64,000 nucleotides of DNA from Antedon mediterranea. Lineage: Eukaryota > Animalia > Echinodermata. The notes under the pieces are model-generated. The model saw only the letters and a list, made by a program, of their open reading frames with translations, did not search any database and had not been told where the DNA came from. Of the stretch, positions 40,701-55,700 are shown piece by piece (position 1 is the first letter of the stretch; the number at the start of each line of letters is the position of its first letter). Position numbers and translations under genes: made by a program. The stretch spans positions 23,639,365-23,703,364 of the forward strand of contig NC_092678.1 in the NCBI RefSeq assembly GCF_964355755.1, read 5' to 3'.

Positions 40701-43700
40701 TATTCTAACGTCTTTTCCGTTTTTCTCCGATTCCAAATCTTTAATGACCGTTAGCAGTCGGTCAACCTCTGCTTTCGTTTTCTTTAACTCTTCCTTGTGG
40801 TTTGCAATTTGATTCTCATAAACATGAACCTTCTGTCGGTCATCATGATCTCTACTACTTTTAATCTACAATAAAGAAAAATAATGCAAAATTACAAAAG
40901 AACAAAACATTTTTACTTCAGAAACAAAAACACAAAAAAACGATGTCAACTGGGAGTGTTAGACAACTTGGCTAAATCATGGATACATGTTACACAAATG
41001 TGAAGACGCGAATATTTGTGAGCATCTTTACATTTTGTGGGTTCAACAGGCCATGCACTATGTTTATGTGTGGGATAGACTCTGGTATCTCCATCCTATC
41101 TGGTATTCAATGAGTGAGTTTTTTCAGAGGGTACAGTATTATTTGTTTTGAAATAACTAAAATAATAATTTATCTTTTGCATTTTTCGTCATAAACCAAT
41201 AAGTAGATATGACTGGAATTATATGCATCCAGCTTTTTATACAAACATTATTAGTAATATTTTGTTTTTTTGTTAATTTATCTGAACTAACATAAACAAG
41301 TAAAAAACAATAATCAAACAAATAAAACATAACATGAACTGTATAAACAACCATCATATTTCTCAATTTAAAATTATTACTTCAACAAAAACGATATAAA
41401 ATATTAAAACAACAATGATATTTAAAAAGTATATTAATAAAAAATACTGACACATAAAAACATAATCAAGAGGCTTATTCAAATTTAAAAACTTTTAAAT
41501 TATAATAAATAATTATAAACTAACATTTATTTGAATAACATAAATAGACAATCTTTTCCCAACTTCCAAAATGACGTTTGTATTCTTAAAGATCGAACAC
41601 AAACTTTCATATTACAAAGCTATAGTACAATGACCATCATACCACAAACTCTTTCATGTGCAATTTAAGCTGCAACTTGTGTACATTTCAGAAGTATTAA
41701 AAGCCAGGCAGCATATTATAGAGGGCGTTTGTTAAGTAGCGTTTGTTATTTGACAACTTACCCGGTGAAGTCTACGCAATTTCTGATTTGGAATTGGTAA
41801 AATTGAGAAGAAGGTATAAAAGTTTAAACTAAAATGATGAAAATTACTTTACTAAATTGCTAAACTTGTTTACAAAAATAATACTGATAATTTAATGAAT
41901 GGACTGTTCAAAAGTAAAGGAGTTAGTTGTCACTGCTTTGAAAACCATTTGTTGTTAATGTTTGGTACAATTAATAAAAATAAAATTACAGATTAACCCT
42001 TAAAAAAAAACTAATAAAAGACCAATGAAAAGCTGACATCTGTAACATTTCAACGCAAAAATAATCAAAAAGTGTAAAATGTTGTTTTACAAGGAAGACA
42101 TGCAATAAAAGTGAAATTATTCTTAAGTAACAATTAAAAGATAACTTTTTTAGATACTAAATTTATCTTTTGATTAGATATGAAAAAATATTGGGAGTCA
42201 CTGTGTACATAGAAATGATTAGTTTTAGGGGAAATTTAACCACATTTTTTGTAAACAATTTTAAGGTAGGAAAACTAGAAGAATAGATAAAATATAATTT
42301 GCCAATGTTTTATAGTAAATAACAATTTAAAACAAATCGTGTATAAATATAATAAATTACATAATAGTATTGAAATATGTAATTGCGTAGGTGTGCACAA
42401 TATCATTGCATGCATTTAAAGAAATTATAATGCTTAAATTCCATTTATATTATATTTAAGAGGATAGTACAACATTTAAACTGTAATAAGTGAAGTTTTA
42501 AAAAAAGTTATAGAAAAAAATCATGATTTGAAATATATGTATGGAACACTGTAAAGAAACATATCAACATGAATAAAGACGACAATTAGTGAGTGATAAA
42601 CAAAATATGGTTTTTGAAGAAAAGATGATCAAATTAAAAATACCAAATTTGATTATTATAACTGATATATCTTACCACTTGTAATGTCCCCTCCAGCTAG
42701 TGTAAAAGTTTAAGATTTGTTTAATTTCATGATTCATAATTTGAATAATTAATCTGCTTGTGTTATAAATTTTATATTTGTTGAGTGATTTATTGAGTGC
42801 TTCTCATTGCATTGTACAAACTTTATGTCATGCTTCCCTCCTAAAGGGCATTTTGATGTCCTGTAGTCACTTTTACTACTCGCACTACTCTCATCTATAA
42901 TGTAGCATTTCCATGCATCTACCCATGACAGTATACCATCTATTCTATCTATCCACAACAGGGCTATTAAACGAAGGTAGCCCTCTACTCAACTTGAAAC
43001 ATACTGTACTTTCAAGTGTACACATGTAGCAGGTATACATTTGACATTTGACATTATACAGCACATTGGTCACTACAGTATTCTGTGTGTTGCCTGTTAC
43101 TTATTTTTATAATAATCAGTGGTGCCTTTGACTCTATTGAGACATAAAGGTCAATAATAGTGTGATTACAACATAGAGGGCAGTAAACAAGTAAAAATAG
43201 AGGAGATCTACATCTTCTGAATAAATATACAATTTATTTGTTAGAAGTAAAGTGGGCCATGCCTGCCATGCTCTTTGCTCAAATTTGTTTACAATTGTTA
43301 AATAGTACGTACTATTGCACGCCATGTGAACGATTTCGAAAAATGAGTTTTGACTTAAGTACCTTTTCAAGTTCACTTTCAAGCTGCACAAGTTCCTCTG
43401 TTTTCTGTGCTAAGTTAATTTCCAGAGTTGTGATTTTAGATTCTTTTTTTAAACTTGTTGATACCATTGTTGAAGCGTGCTCTTTCATGTCCATCAAGTT
43501 GGCCTAAAAGAAAAGGAGAAAATAGAAAAGAAAATTCATATGTCTATTGTTATATTGATTGAAGAAAAGTGTGCCAAAAGTGTATGTTTAATAAATTATT
43601 ATTATTGCTATATTAACTTAGTACTTAGTATTGTTTTTGGGTGTTTTTTTGAAGTTTAAGAAAATGATTAGAGACAGATCCAATTAATTTGGCCAGTCAC

Positions 43701-46700
43701 ATGATGTGGTTGTTGATTTTGTCAAATGTTGTTAAATTATTGTCTTTGTACAGTACTGTAGTGTTACATAATTAAAGGTTTTATTTTTCAAGTTCTTTTG
43801 AAAAATAAGATAATTCTTGAATATTGTAGTCAATAGCACTAATAACTGTGCTAGCTACCAGGCAAATCTAAAAAAAAAACCTGACAGTTAAAAACAATAA
43901 TTAATCACAACAAAACTGATGAAAAATTAATTTCTATTCCTGTCTTGACGACATTACTTGCATAGAGCAGGTGAGTGGCTATTGTGGTTCATTTGACGTC
44001 AAATGGATTGAAGAAGAAACACTTAATTGTTTACGGTGTGTGAATTGATTAGCTATAGGCCGACAGGTGTACGTATTGCGTATAAAACTTGTTAAATGTG
44101 TTGTGAAAGAAGATAGATTCTCTTGTATTAAATTCACAGATTTCTCATATTCTATTCTACCAGACATGTTAATATGTAAACAATCTAAAGCTCTGTCTAC
44201 ATTTTCAAACTTTATGTGACAAAAAATGTGATGTGCCTATATATGGACAGGATGATGTCATGTAACTACCATACGATACGATATGATAAAACTTTATTGT
44301 CACAACGGCAAAAATATACAATTATGAGATATGGTTCCTTTAGGTACACTTTAGTTAGTAAGAATATAACATAAATATTTGGGCATATCACTACCATATT
44401 TGGGCACATCACAATTTTTTGGTCAAACTAGTTTGATATTGTAGACAAGGCTTTACAATGCTACAACTACTACAGTAACATTTTTCATGATGATGTCATA
44501 TAACTACCATATTTGGGTATATCGCTACCAAACTAGAATCCGTTCCCATTGAGAATGTAGGTTTACTCTCTTTTTTTAACCATAATAAAATACTATTTTT
44601 CTGTATATTTATTGTTGTTTTCTGTATATATTTATTATTGATCAGAAAATTATAATTAAATTGATTTTAAATTTATACACAATGTACATTTGCTGAAAAA
44701 TGCAATGAGTTATAATCTGTTCTGTTTAATTAGTTTGATGTTATTCTAACCAAATAAATAAATCAATGATTTTCTACTTAACACGAATGTACACAGGTTA
44801 CATCGCTTATTGATAGTATGCTCCAAAATAAACAATTGAATTGGAGCGTGACGCCAATGACCATATTCAGTAATATTAATGATCTTGCAAGCTGGTGATT
44901 ACGACTTGTATGGAAATAGCTATATAGGGATTTAATGTTACTTGTAATGTAGTTTTACAATAAAAATCCATAAATAGTAACAGTAAGTGTAGTATTACTA
45001 TACTTAATGCTGTCTAACTATAATCTAATGCTATTAAAATAGGTAATGTAATACATTATTGAGATGTCTATTATCCTCATGTTTACAAAATGAAAATATT
45101 CTAATTTTTAGTATAAGGGACTTTTTACCTCTGTCAGAATGGCGAGAGGTTATGTGGTCGATCACGTGTGTATGTGTGTTTGTTTCTTTGTTATTTAGCA
45201 GAATTACTTAAAAAGTAATGTCCGATTTTTTAAAGGATGGTTCATAGCTGAAAGGGAACATTCAATTTTCATATGCCTTGGTCAAATATAAAGCTGAACA
45301 CAGCAATGGACAGTTTCACCATAGGGATACACCTTTTACACAAAATGAAAGTTGTTCCTGTTTTACCATAAACTTACATCTTTGTCTGATAACGCTCGAT
45401 TAAGTGAATCAACCTTTGACTTCAATTCTTTCACCTGCTTCTGATATTTAACAGTTTCATCCGATCTATTCGTATCTTCCTTCGTTTTCTGATCTTTCAG
45501 TCGTGCAATCATTCGTTCTTTCTCTGCCAACGCTTCTTCCAGACTTGTGACGGCGCTGTCCGTTGATGTCTGGTCCGCTTGTACCGCACTCAGTTTCGCT
45601 TTAATTCCGTTATTCTCAGTTTCTTTCTCACTTAGCTGTTCTGTCAAATTATCAATCTGAAAAAAATGAAAATAGCAAAATATTTGTCTAAATATTAAAT
45701 TAGACATTTTTCTGAATAAGAAATGAAATCTTTACAGAAACCAATAACAGACTCTGTCATCACAAAGCAATACAAAACAAGATATTAAAGTATTAAAGAT
45801 TATTATTAAGTAGAAGCAATAGTAAACCTTGGTTCCTACTAGGACGCAACGCAACAAATAAATTGACCAATCACAGGGGATAGTTCAGACGATCCGTCAC
45901 CTGTGATTGGTCAAATTACTTTGCGTTCTAGTGCGAAACCAAGCTATATACATATAGAAATACAGAAGTATAGAAATACAAGAAGATTTAGATTAAAATA
46001 AGAAACTGGTTACTTCAAATAAAGACACAAAAGATCTACTAGATATTACAGAAAATGTTGATTTCTCAGGTTGATTTTGCTGTCTTTATCTGCAGTATAG
46101 GGAGATTTCAACTTGCAATGACCTCTGATCTATTAACATTGATTCATTGTGCACATTTGAAAGCATTGGGACAGGCTTCCTTATGTGATTCCTCAACAGT
46201 TTTAGCGAATCAGATTCTAGATCCAAGCGACAACCAATGATAATATCAAGGAGGTCCTCTGCGTCGTTACAAATCAAAAACTCCCAATTGTTTTTTAAAA
46301 ACTTTTTTAGTAGAGCATTCTTAATTTTTAATATCTTCCAAACAAATGTATTTTAGTAATAAATCTGCCTTATGTGAAAAACATACAAGATGCATTATAA
46401 AGAATAAAAATAAATATAACTGAAACTAGATAGAATAAAAATTCAGTTAAACCGGGCATTAGGAAATAGTTGGATGGACGTATGGAGTTTTTCTTATACC
46501 ATTCTAAATAGGGAATATTTCAATGCCCAGAAAATGTAGCATGACTTTGATGAATGTGCAAAGCTTAAGGCAAACCAGTTGTTACATTATATATCAGAAT
46601 TATAATTAAAATATATGTTAGAAATTCAGCAGCGTAACCGAATGTAACTTGAATATTATGATGATGGTAGCGTTTAACATGGGTGCAGTTGTTGTGGGTT

Positions 46701-49700
46701 GCTTGCCGTAACCACAAATATATATTGTCATTTACAAAATTGCAGATAAAAGAGGAAACTGAGGTGGCTGCCTTTTGACATTTGGAAATTATTTAATTTC
46801 AAGAACGTTGGAATTTCAATTCTGCAATAAAATGCAATATTTAGTTAATAACAAAAAAACAACAAAACATTAGATGGTCGGAACATTCATTGATGCAGTT
46901 ATTACAAAAAAAAAAAACATTCAAAACGGAAGAATAAACAAAAATATTCAGAAAACTTAAATCTATTAAGAATCTCAAGCAATAAGAGAATACTGAGGTA
47001 TAAGGTTTAATAATAAACATAGCAGTTTCACTAGACAAACAACGAGATAGTAGGTCAAAGGTCACCTTGATCTGTAAGAACTCTAGTTTTCCATCTTTGA
47101 GTTCCAATGCATTCGTGTAGTCGGCTAGCTATTGGGGTTGAATATAGAGGTCAAAGGTTAAATGGTATGGTTTAGTTGTTTTTCATTTATTAATTATTGT
47201 ATAATGTACACATTAAGTTGGGAAACATTAATGTGGCTTAAATTATGTATTAGGAAAATGTTTGTAGCGAGATATTAACAGTTTAAATATTTCAATAATT
47301 TGGAATAATGATGAAAATTAATATTAAAATGTGCGTGTATATTTTTTATTAATTAATGGTAACACATAAAATGTGAAAAACAAAGTAAACATAGACAAGG
47401 TACTCAGAACACAGAAACAGAAAAAAATGTTTTAAAAACAAGAAAAAAATCATTTATAGAAATATTTTTTTCTGTTTTAATTTAAAAAAAAACCAATAAT
47501 TGAGATTATATAAATGTTTTGATAACTCATGCATATTAATGTCACACATAATTGATAATGCATAATAATAGATAAATAATATATATTTTGAATATGATGA
47601 ATTATAAAATGAATATATTATCAAAGTTTAAATGATTAGCATAGTGTATAATAGACACACAGTATTTAGTGGATATTCTGCATTCTTCAAAAGTTATGCA
47701 ATAAAAACAAATAGTTGTTGTTGATGCAGTGTTGCTGACCTGGGAGGACGTGGAATTTTACACCTGACTGTTAAAATAATAATTATCAATGTTAATTTTT
47801 TTAAACAATATTATATGTTGACAATGTTGCCAGAAATTCTTATTATTTGATAAGCAGTGTTTTTTTTTTCTTGGGCAGGTATAGGCAGTATTATAAAAAC
47901 AAATTTCTAAAAATAAAAATTTGCTGATTGAAACATTTGATGGTTAATAAATATGTTTTCGATGGAAGATAAGTGCGTTTTTGTTTTTAAATTGCTCATG
48001 TGAAAAGATAAAAAATACAGTAGTACAAAGAAACTGTTGTACTTAACAGAGAAATGGTGTCGTTTTTGTAAAGCAAATTGTGTGTGAACATTAAAGTATT
48101 TTAAAATTTAAAAAGTTTCACTCCAGTTAGAATAAACAATTACAAATTTGTTAGTCTGAGTACTCAAACTTGAGTGATCAGTTCCATTAATCTGAGACTT
48201 AATTTATAATAGATTATAGAGGATGGTGGTATTTTATGGGGACATGCTATAAAAAGGCAAATAGTACATAGCAGGCATAAATAATGTCATTCATGTATAA
48301 AATCCAAGCAAACTTGTAGTCATATCCCGGAGTAAAGGGAAAGGTATGGTGGAAAGTGGGGTGGGTTTGGGAGGGCAAGGAATTTATAATACAGTTGAAA
48401 TGATATAAAAATGATAATTTGATAAATTTCAAGGCTATAATATTATCATGTAAGATGCGTAACTAACCTTGCGTTGAAGTACGTTTGCTTTCCTGTCCTT
48501 GATGTCCACCATCTCACGTAACTCGGCGACTTCACTCGAATGTTTGTTCTTACTTGTTGACATATTGGACAATTGATCGTTCTTCTGTTGTATTAAAGAC
48601 TCCTTTTCTTCAAGACGTCCTCGTAAAGCTTCGATCTATCACAAAAGAGAAATACTAATCCAGTAAAAAATATGGGGAAATAACATGTTTCTTGCACTGG
48701 TCATACATACAACATTTCATCTCCCCTTAAGCTTGGTTCCCACTAGGACACGGACATGGGACTGCAGACTCTTGTAGTTATAGTAATCTTACTTACTTTA
48801 GCAGTCCTTGACCAATGCATCTCAGTTAAATTTTACATTATGGTTCGTTGGTCAAATAAATAAAATGACACATTGTAAACCATGATACAAGCGAATGACC
48901 TATTGCCTAATGACCTATGACCTATTGCCTAATTGCATCCTAGGGTTCTTTCAGTTTCAGTTACTAAATCTCAGTCTTCAGCCAATACAAACCTAAGAGC
49001 TAAATACATTGCTGCAGTAGTTAGCAACGTTACTGCAGTAACTTACATCTGCCTGCATAATGACTATACGTTGCTCTTTTGCTGACAGAGATTCCTTAAG
49101 TAGTTGGATGTGTGCTTGACTGTCTTGATCTTGGTGGTTTAGCGTATCAAGTCGTGTCTGCAGTCCCTGGATCTCAGAATCTTTCTTTGTCATCTCAACC
49201 TTCATTTTATCCACCTTCATGAAAAAACAAATTTAAATGTAATTTATTAAAATCCAAAGGCAAATTACTGAAAAACTGACAATGCTGTGGGTATATCAGT
49301 GGCTGGATCTCAATGGAGATACAACAACAAAGCGAAAAGCTAAATCAAAACGATAAAGTAAAACAGCCAGAAAAGTTAGCAGAGCTTTTGGGCAACACTA
49401 GCCCTTCATCAGTGAAGTGAAATATATTGTTTGAAGGTTTAAATTAAATTGAGTTTAAAACAATTTATAAGCTTTGGTAATCATTCATAAATAAACTATT
49501 TGTTAAACTATTGATTTTTGTGAAAAGAGTTCTCAACTCTATCGTGTAGACTTCTATATCTCTAGAATTTGGAAATTGTTATTATTCCTGGTAGTTTATG
49601 GTCTGTTTTTTTTCATTAAAGTAGAAAAAGAAATAAATTCTATTTCGAAATTGAAAGTACATATGTCTAAGTTCAAAGGGTTAATAAAACAAAAGTTCTA

Positions 49701-52700
49701 ATTTGGAATTCAAATGAAATTTATCGAAAGATGTGTACTGATTAATTAAACCTTAACGGGAACTCTATCTAGAAGCGATGCCCAAAGGTAAAGAGGTTGA
49801 CAAAAACTGTAACTGTTTACTTAGAGATTTGACCAGTTGATATTTAAGGTGAGATTACAACAACCAATATCGCAATGCATTACTGAGTAAACCAAATGCA
49901 CAGCTAAATTGAAGATAACTGTTTTGTCTTTCTTAAGGTCATTTGGATGTCATTTAATTAAGAATGAGAAAAAGTTAATTTAAATATTATTGTTGAGGAG
50001 AAAGTCACTATGGTAAGATGGCATATTGTTATCCTCACGACGTTAATTTTTGCTTGTATATTATATTTTATGTTTTTCAACCCTGTTAATGTTGACGTTT
50101 GGTCACCGTATGGTGACGGTAAATAAAATAAAAACAATATATAAAAAATAAATGCATAGAATAGCATTTACTTCAGCTATGTCAATTACCTTAATCTTAA
50201 AATGCCTGGCTTGACCTTTGAACTCATCAGCCTCCCGGGAATAGTTACCAGAATCATCAGAGCTTAGATTGTGGTTCGCACGATAACGACTTATCTCTTC
50301 TTCTTGATCCCGCAACCTCTGTTCCAGAATGGCTATCTTATTGTCCTGCATACAATAAAAATAATGAAATAATGGCGCTGGAATTGTGGACTTATGGCGC
50401 CAAAACTAAGCTACGAAAAGGAGATCATTTAATGTATTATCCATTAGAAAAGAAAATAGGTAAGATTACTTAGTCATAATCATATGTTAACTGAATGATT
50501 TAAGGAACATTTTGTAGGTAGAATACTAAAATATTTTAGAACATATATTTGTTATATTAAAGTATGTACATACATTTAAAGTGTTAGTAGAATACATTAA
50601 AAAAAGGAATGTGAAATGTTTTGGAAAAAAAAACCGAAGGTTATTTATTTTATTTATAATTATAATACAGTAAATAATATCTAAAAAAAATTATATCACT
50701 AAGAATGGCAGTTATATCAACATTACAAAAACTTAAATGCAACATCAAAGAAAAAAACTTCTAAAGGAAAACATGAAGAACTTAAAAATAAGGAAAGTAC
50801 TAAAAAGGAAAATGCAATATATTTATAAATTATGAAATATTAATATTATAGCAAAGAAATGTCAGAAATAATTTACAAAAGTAAAAATTATTTTATAAAA
50901 GAAATTAAATCAGCTTTTATAAATAATTTATCCACTTTCGGATATTAAATTTATCTCAACTACAAAGAAAGGACACGTTTCATGCATTTCATGGTTTGAT
51001 TAAAGTTAAAAGTTAAAAGTCATTCACATTTGTAAGCCTTGATTATTACAGTACGTCCTTTAAACCTAGATACTCTTTCATTTATCATCAACAAAATAAA
51101 ATGCTGTAAATGTGCAGGGACAGAAAATAATTTTACATTTCACTAATATAAACAATGATTAATCTGTAATCTTTAACATATAATATAAGATTCAAGAAAT
51201 TTTATCGGTTCACTTGAAAAATAAAATTTTTTATTTTGCTTGGCATAATTAAGAAAAATACAGTACTGTACATTAAATTGTACAAATGCTATCTAATGGT
51301 AAAAAAAAGGCCACTGATAAAATAATGATAATAGGGGCAGTTCAAGCTTAGAGTTAGATTTACCGCTACCGCGGGTAGAACTCAACTAAACCTTGGAGTA
51401 TATATTAAGCTTCAACGGCGCCCCCTTATACTGTACCTTCATTTCAACAACCGCCTTCAGAGCCAAGCCACGAGACGAATCCGAATCTGAATGTATAGCA
51501 GATCCCAACTGACGCTCAAGGCGGTCAGTGCGGTTTGTATTCCTTCTCAGATCCTGATGTATCGACGAGGCAGCATTAACAAAGAGCGGGTACTAGTGTT
51601 AATTTTTAAATACCAATTTACATTACTTTATATTTTCCTAAAGTCCTATTTTAGAGGCCAGCAGGGGAGGTGGTATTTATACTGTAGGACTAACTAACAT
51701 AACAAGCCTACTGTAGCTCATACCGATACATTTACAGTAATATTACCAATTTACATTACTTTGCCCCCTCTTTTAAAAACTAGCAGGGGAGAGGCAGTAT
51801 TTATAGAACTACAAAAGCCTACTTTAGGTAGCTTCTACTGATACCATTTAGTTTGCACGCCTAGCCCTTTTTGCTAAAGTGCACTTTTCAAACTGAAGAC
51901 TAACAAGAGTTTTAGCCTAGCACATTTTGCCCATTTTAGTGGAAAAAAGAAAATCCAAAATTGTTTCGGATCGCTCTTTTTTGTGGTTTGATTCCTAATT
52001 TACACATTTTAGCATAATATTCCAAATTCATCAGTTTAAGTTTACACATCATTACTTTACTTAGTTAAGTGTTTTTGTATGCAAATCATATGCAAATCAT
52101 ATGCAAATCATATGCAGAGTTAGAAATGCTGTAAAACATTGCAATAATTATGTTTGAATACTAATCAAATTGCACACTACTTTAAATACAACCATCAATA
52201 ATGTAAACAGACTGTACTCAATATTGGTACTTTCTATAATGTAATTTCTATATCTACTGATTAATTTCTATATTTTGTGTTTAGAAATGATCATCAAAAT
52301 CGGTCTATAAACATTGACGATTTCATTAAAATTCTAACAATCATCAATAAATAAAAAAAATAAAATTTTGCGTACAGTATTAATAGGGAATTAATGAGCA
52401 TTTTAATTGGTGATGACACTGACTTCACGCTGTGAAGATTTGATCACATGATGAGATGGAAGCCATGTTGTGTCCAAAATACAATAATTAGCACTAGGAC
52501 ACTTTCACAGGGATTAGTAAAACTAATAACGCATTCAGTGGTTCATTAACGGGTGCTGTTAGAAATTGGAAAATGTACTTCTCGAATCGTTGAATGGTAA
52601 TTTATGTCGGCAATTTAAAATTGCAAATGACTCATGGATAGAAGTGTCGTGTTTGAATTCAGAAAGAATTTAACTCGGACCTACAATTTTTGTTCTTGTA

Positions 52701-55700
52701 TTTCGTGTATCTAGCAGGCTATAAACTATATAGGTCACTATTAATTTAAAATCCGCTGTTGAAAACAACTGACAAAATTTATTTAAACTGAAATAATTAA
52801 TGATGTGTTATAAAAAAAATGTGGGCGGTATAGTACAGTAGTTACCTAAAACGTCTATGTTTAAACCATTATAATGTACTCCTTTCAGACTAGACATAAT
52901 TAAGTTCATTAGAAGATCTTACTCTTAACTAAAGCTCTGTCTACAGTATTAAACAAAATGTAATGTGCCCATATATGGACATGATGATGTCATATCACTA
53001 CCATCTTTGGTCATCATATCACTGCAATATTTGGCCACATCAAACTTTTTTTGTCAAATTAGTTTCATAGTATAAACAGAGCTTAACTTTAGTTTCATAG
53101 TTACTCTTATACTTACATCATTAAGACTAGAAATCTCAGCTTCTTTTTGTTCTAGAGTGCCGGTAACTTGTATCACTTTAGTTTCTGCTTCAAGAAGCCT
53201 GGTTCTAAGATGGTCCATCTCTTCATGGTTAGCCTCAATACCTTTGACAGCTAACCCTTTACTTTGTAACATTTCTAACAGCTTCTTAATGCTTTCGTCG
53301 CGTGACGCAAGCGTTTGTTTTTGCGTATCTATTCTAATTTCCATCTCCTCAAGCGTTTTACGCAAAAGGAAGAGTTCTTTTGATTGCCTTTCTTTTTCTA
53401 AACGTAACGATTCGAGTTCTTGTCGCTGCGCCGGGTTTAGAACTTGCGAGGCAGACTGCTGTTTCTGTAGCTCTTCTTGGAGCTGTTGAATAGATCTTGA
53501 AAGTTGCTAAAAAAACAATTATTTATTTATTTAAATTCAAGATTATTTGGTGCAAAAAGAGTTTGTTAGACAAAACTATGTCTCTCAGTCAAATTCAACA
53601 AACATTTATTTGATAAAATGCCATACAAACAATATAGAGCATAAAATAAGGACCAACCTAGAAGTAAACTTGTCTCAGTTGGCCCTTTAACATGGTTACA
53701 TAAAATAATAACAAGTGAGAATAATGAACTTGAAGCATCAGTAATAATATATAATAAAAATGAAATGTTTAATATTTAAGGAGGTTGTTGTTGTTTGGAC
53801 AACCCAGATTTGTTAGTGCGAGGAGTTTGTTTGTGGAAAACAATATTCCATCATTTTATGAATATTTGAGGATTTCGACTTACCGATTTCTTACAAGAAT
53901 AAGGAAAATCGAAAACAGAATGTTAATTTGTATATATAAATATTTGTTGATGGATTCAAACATGTACTACAAATGGAGAGAGGCATTATATACCAATAGA
54001 TAAAAGTTTTGGTCCTCTCTCCTTCATCTTTTTTGGTTTTTTTTGTTTGTAATGTATTATACCATATGAACAATTGTCTGAAATAAAAGTTGAATTTAAT
54101 TGAATTAGGTAAAAGATATTTGCAGTGTTATAAAAAAAAGAAGATGGAAAGCAAAACTGTTTTAGGTTGCTGTTATAAATAATATAGTTAGCTAAGCTAA
54201 TCAGGTAGAAGATTATCATTTCAAGAGACTATTAATTATAATTTGGAATGCTGGCAAATGGTATTGTGGGTGGTGTATTCTTTTGTGTATTGTATTATTG
54301 TTTTTTGTATTCTGCTCAGTGAAAACAGAAAATCACCTAGTATAAGTTTGAAAAAAAATTAAATATATTGAGCTTCTTATGATAGGTGCTAGAAAAGAAT
54401 TAGGCTAAGTTACCCAATAGACACATGCTTAGAATGCATTTAGTTCTATCAGCATCACACAATCACTTTAAAACAAGAAACGCTTGAAATCAGGACAACC
54501 TAGAATATTTACATTAACAAGCAATCAGAGACGACGTCGTAATCCCTGATTCAACCTAAAGCACTTTTCAAAATGGTTTACTAATTGAAGAAAATAAATT
54601 TGATATAGGGACATAAGTGTAAGCTGTGCATTCCAACACTGTGGAACCCATCAAGGAGTTGGATATCGCCTCATTCAACCCTAACAACACCTCGTCTAAA
54701 ATTGAATTAATCTTGAACTTTAGAAGGTAGTGCAATTGGTGAATTGAATATTGATAAAATCAAAACTATATATCATAAATAGATTATACCCCCAGTATTG
54801 TCATTTTTCTCAGTAATTTGCCTTTAAATTTATTAATTATTTATTATAATATATAATTAACAATAATATGAAAGCAATTTTTCACTGATGAATGAATGAA
54901 TAAAAGGTCTATCAAGATCCAAAATAATTGTAATATAAAAAAAAATAAAAACAAAATAATACAATATACTTTCTAATATTTGATATAGTCTTCTATTCTA
55001 CTAGATTAAAATATATATTTGTAGAAAATATATTTATTGAGTTAGACCAGAAGAATCCAATGATCATAATAATAATCACCTATTACCATGGAAATAGCAT
55101 TGATTTTGTAAATTTTAATTAAATATAGTTTATAACATGAATCAGTATAAATCTTATCTACAACAACAATTTTTGCTCAATGAATGTGTTTACTGTACAT
55201 ATACAGTATATTTTCTAATCTAACTTAACTAACTAACAGTACAACTTAATTTTTAAAATGTAATAATCAATGGTATAAAATATTAATAGTGAATCATGGA
55301 CCAATCTATTGTTGTTATAGGGGTGTAGAAGTACTTGTGCACTACTGATGAAATATTTTCTAATCTAACTTTACTAGGACAGTACAATTTTAATTAGAAA
55401 ATGTATCTAATCAATGGTATAAAATATTAATAGTGATTCATATGGACCAATCCATTGTTGTTATAGGGGTGTAGAAGTATAAACATTTTAAATCTATATC
55501 TGGAGACTAACAGTATCATGTTCACATGCTCTTGAGTTAGCACTTAAAGGAAGGCTTAAAGTGGAAGAAGATCCTACTATAAAGTGCCTATTTTAATCAG
55601 AGACTGATAGAAAATCTGGTCGTTAGAAAGGTATAGGTAATACAGTACTAATAATAACAACAGCATACTTTGTAATGTACAATATGTTTGACAGATGAGA

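Noticed and set aside
47740-47767. AG..GT-flanked 24/28-nt candidate ERC microexon
   Set aside because: The 24-nt form has TAA at codon 2 and the 28-nt form shifts frame. It could only be a poison exon, and nothing supports that.
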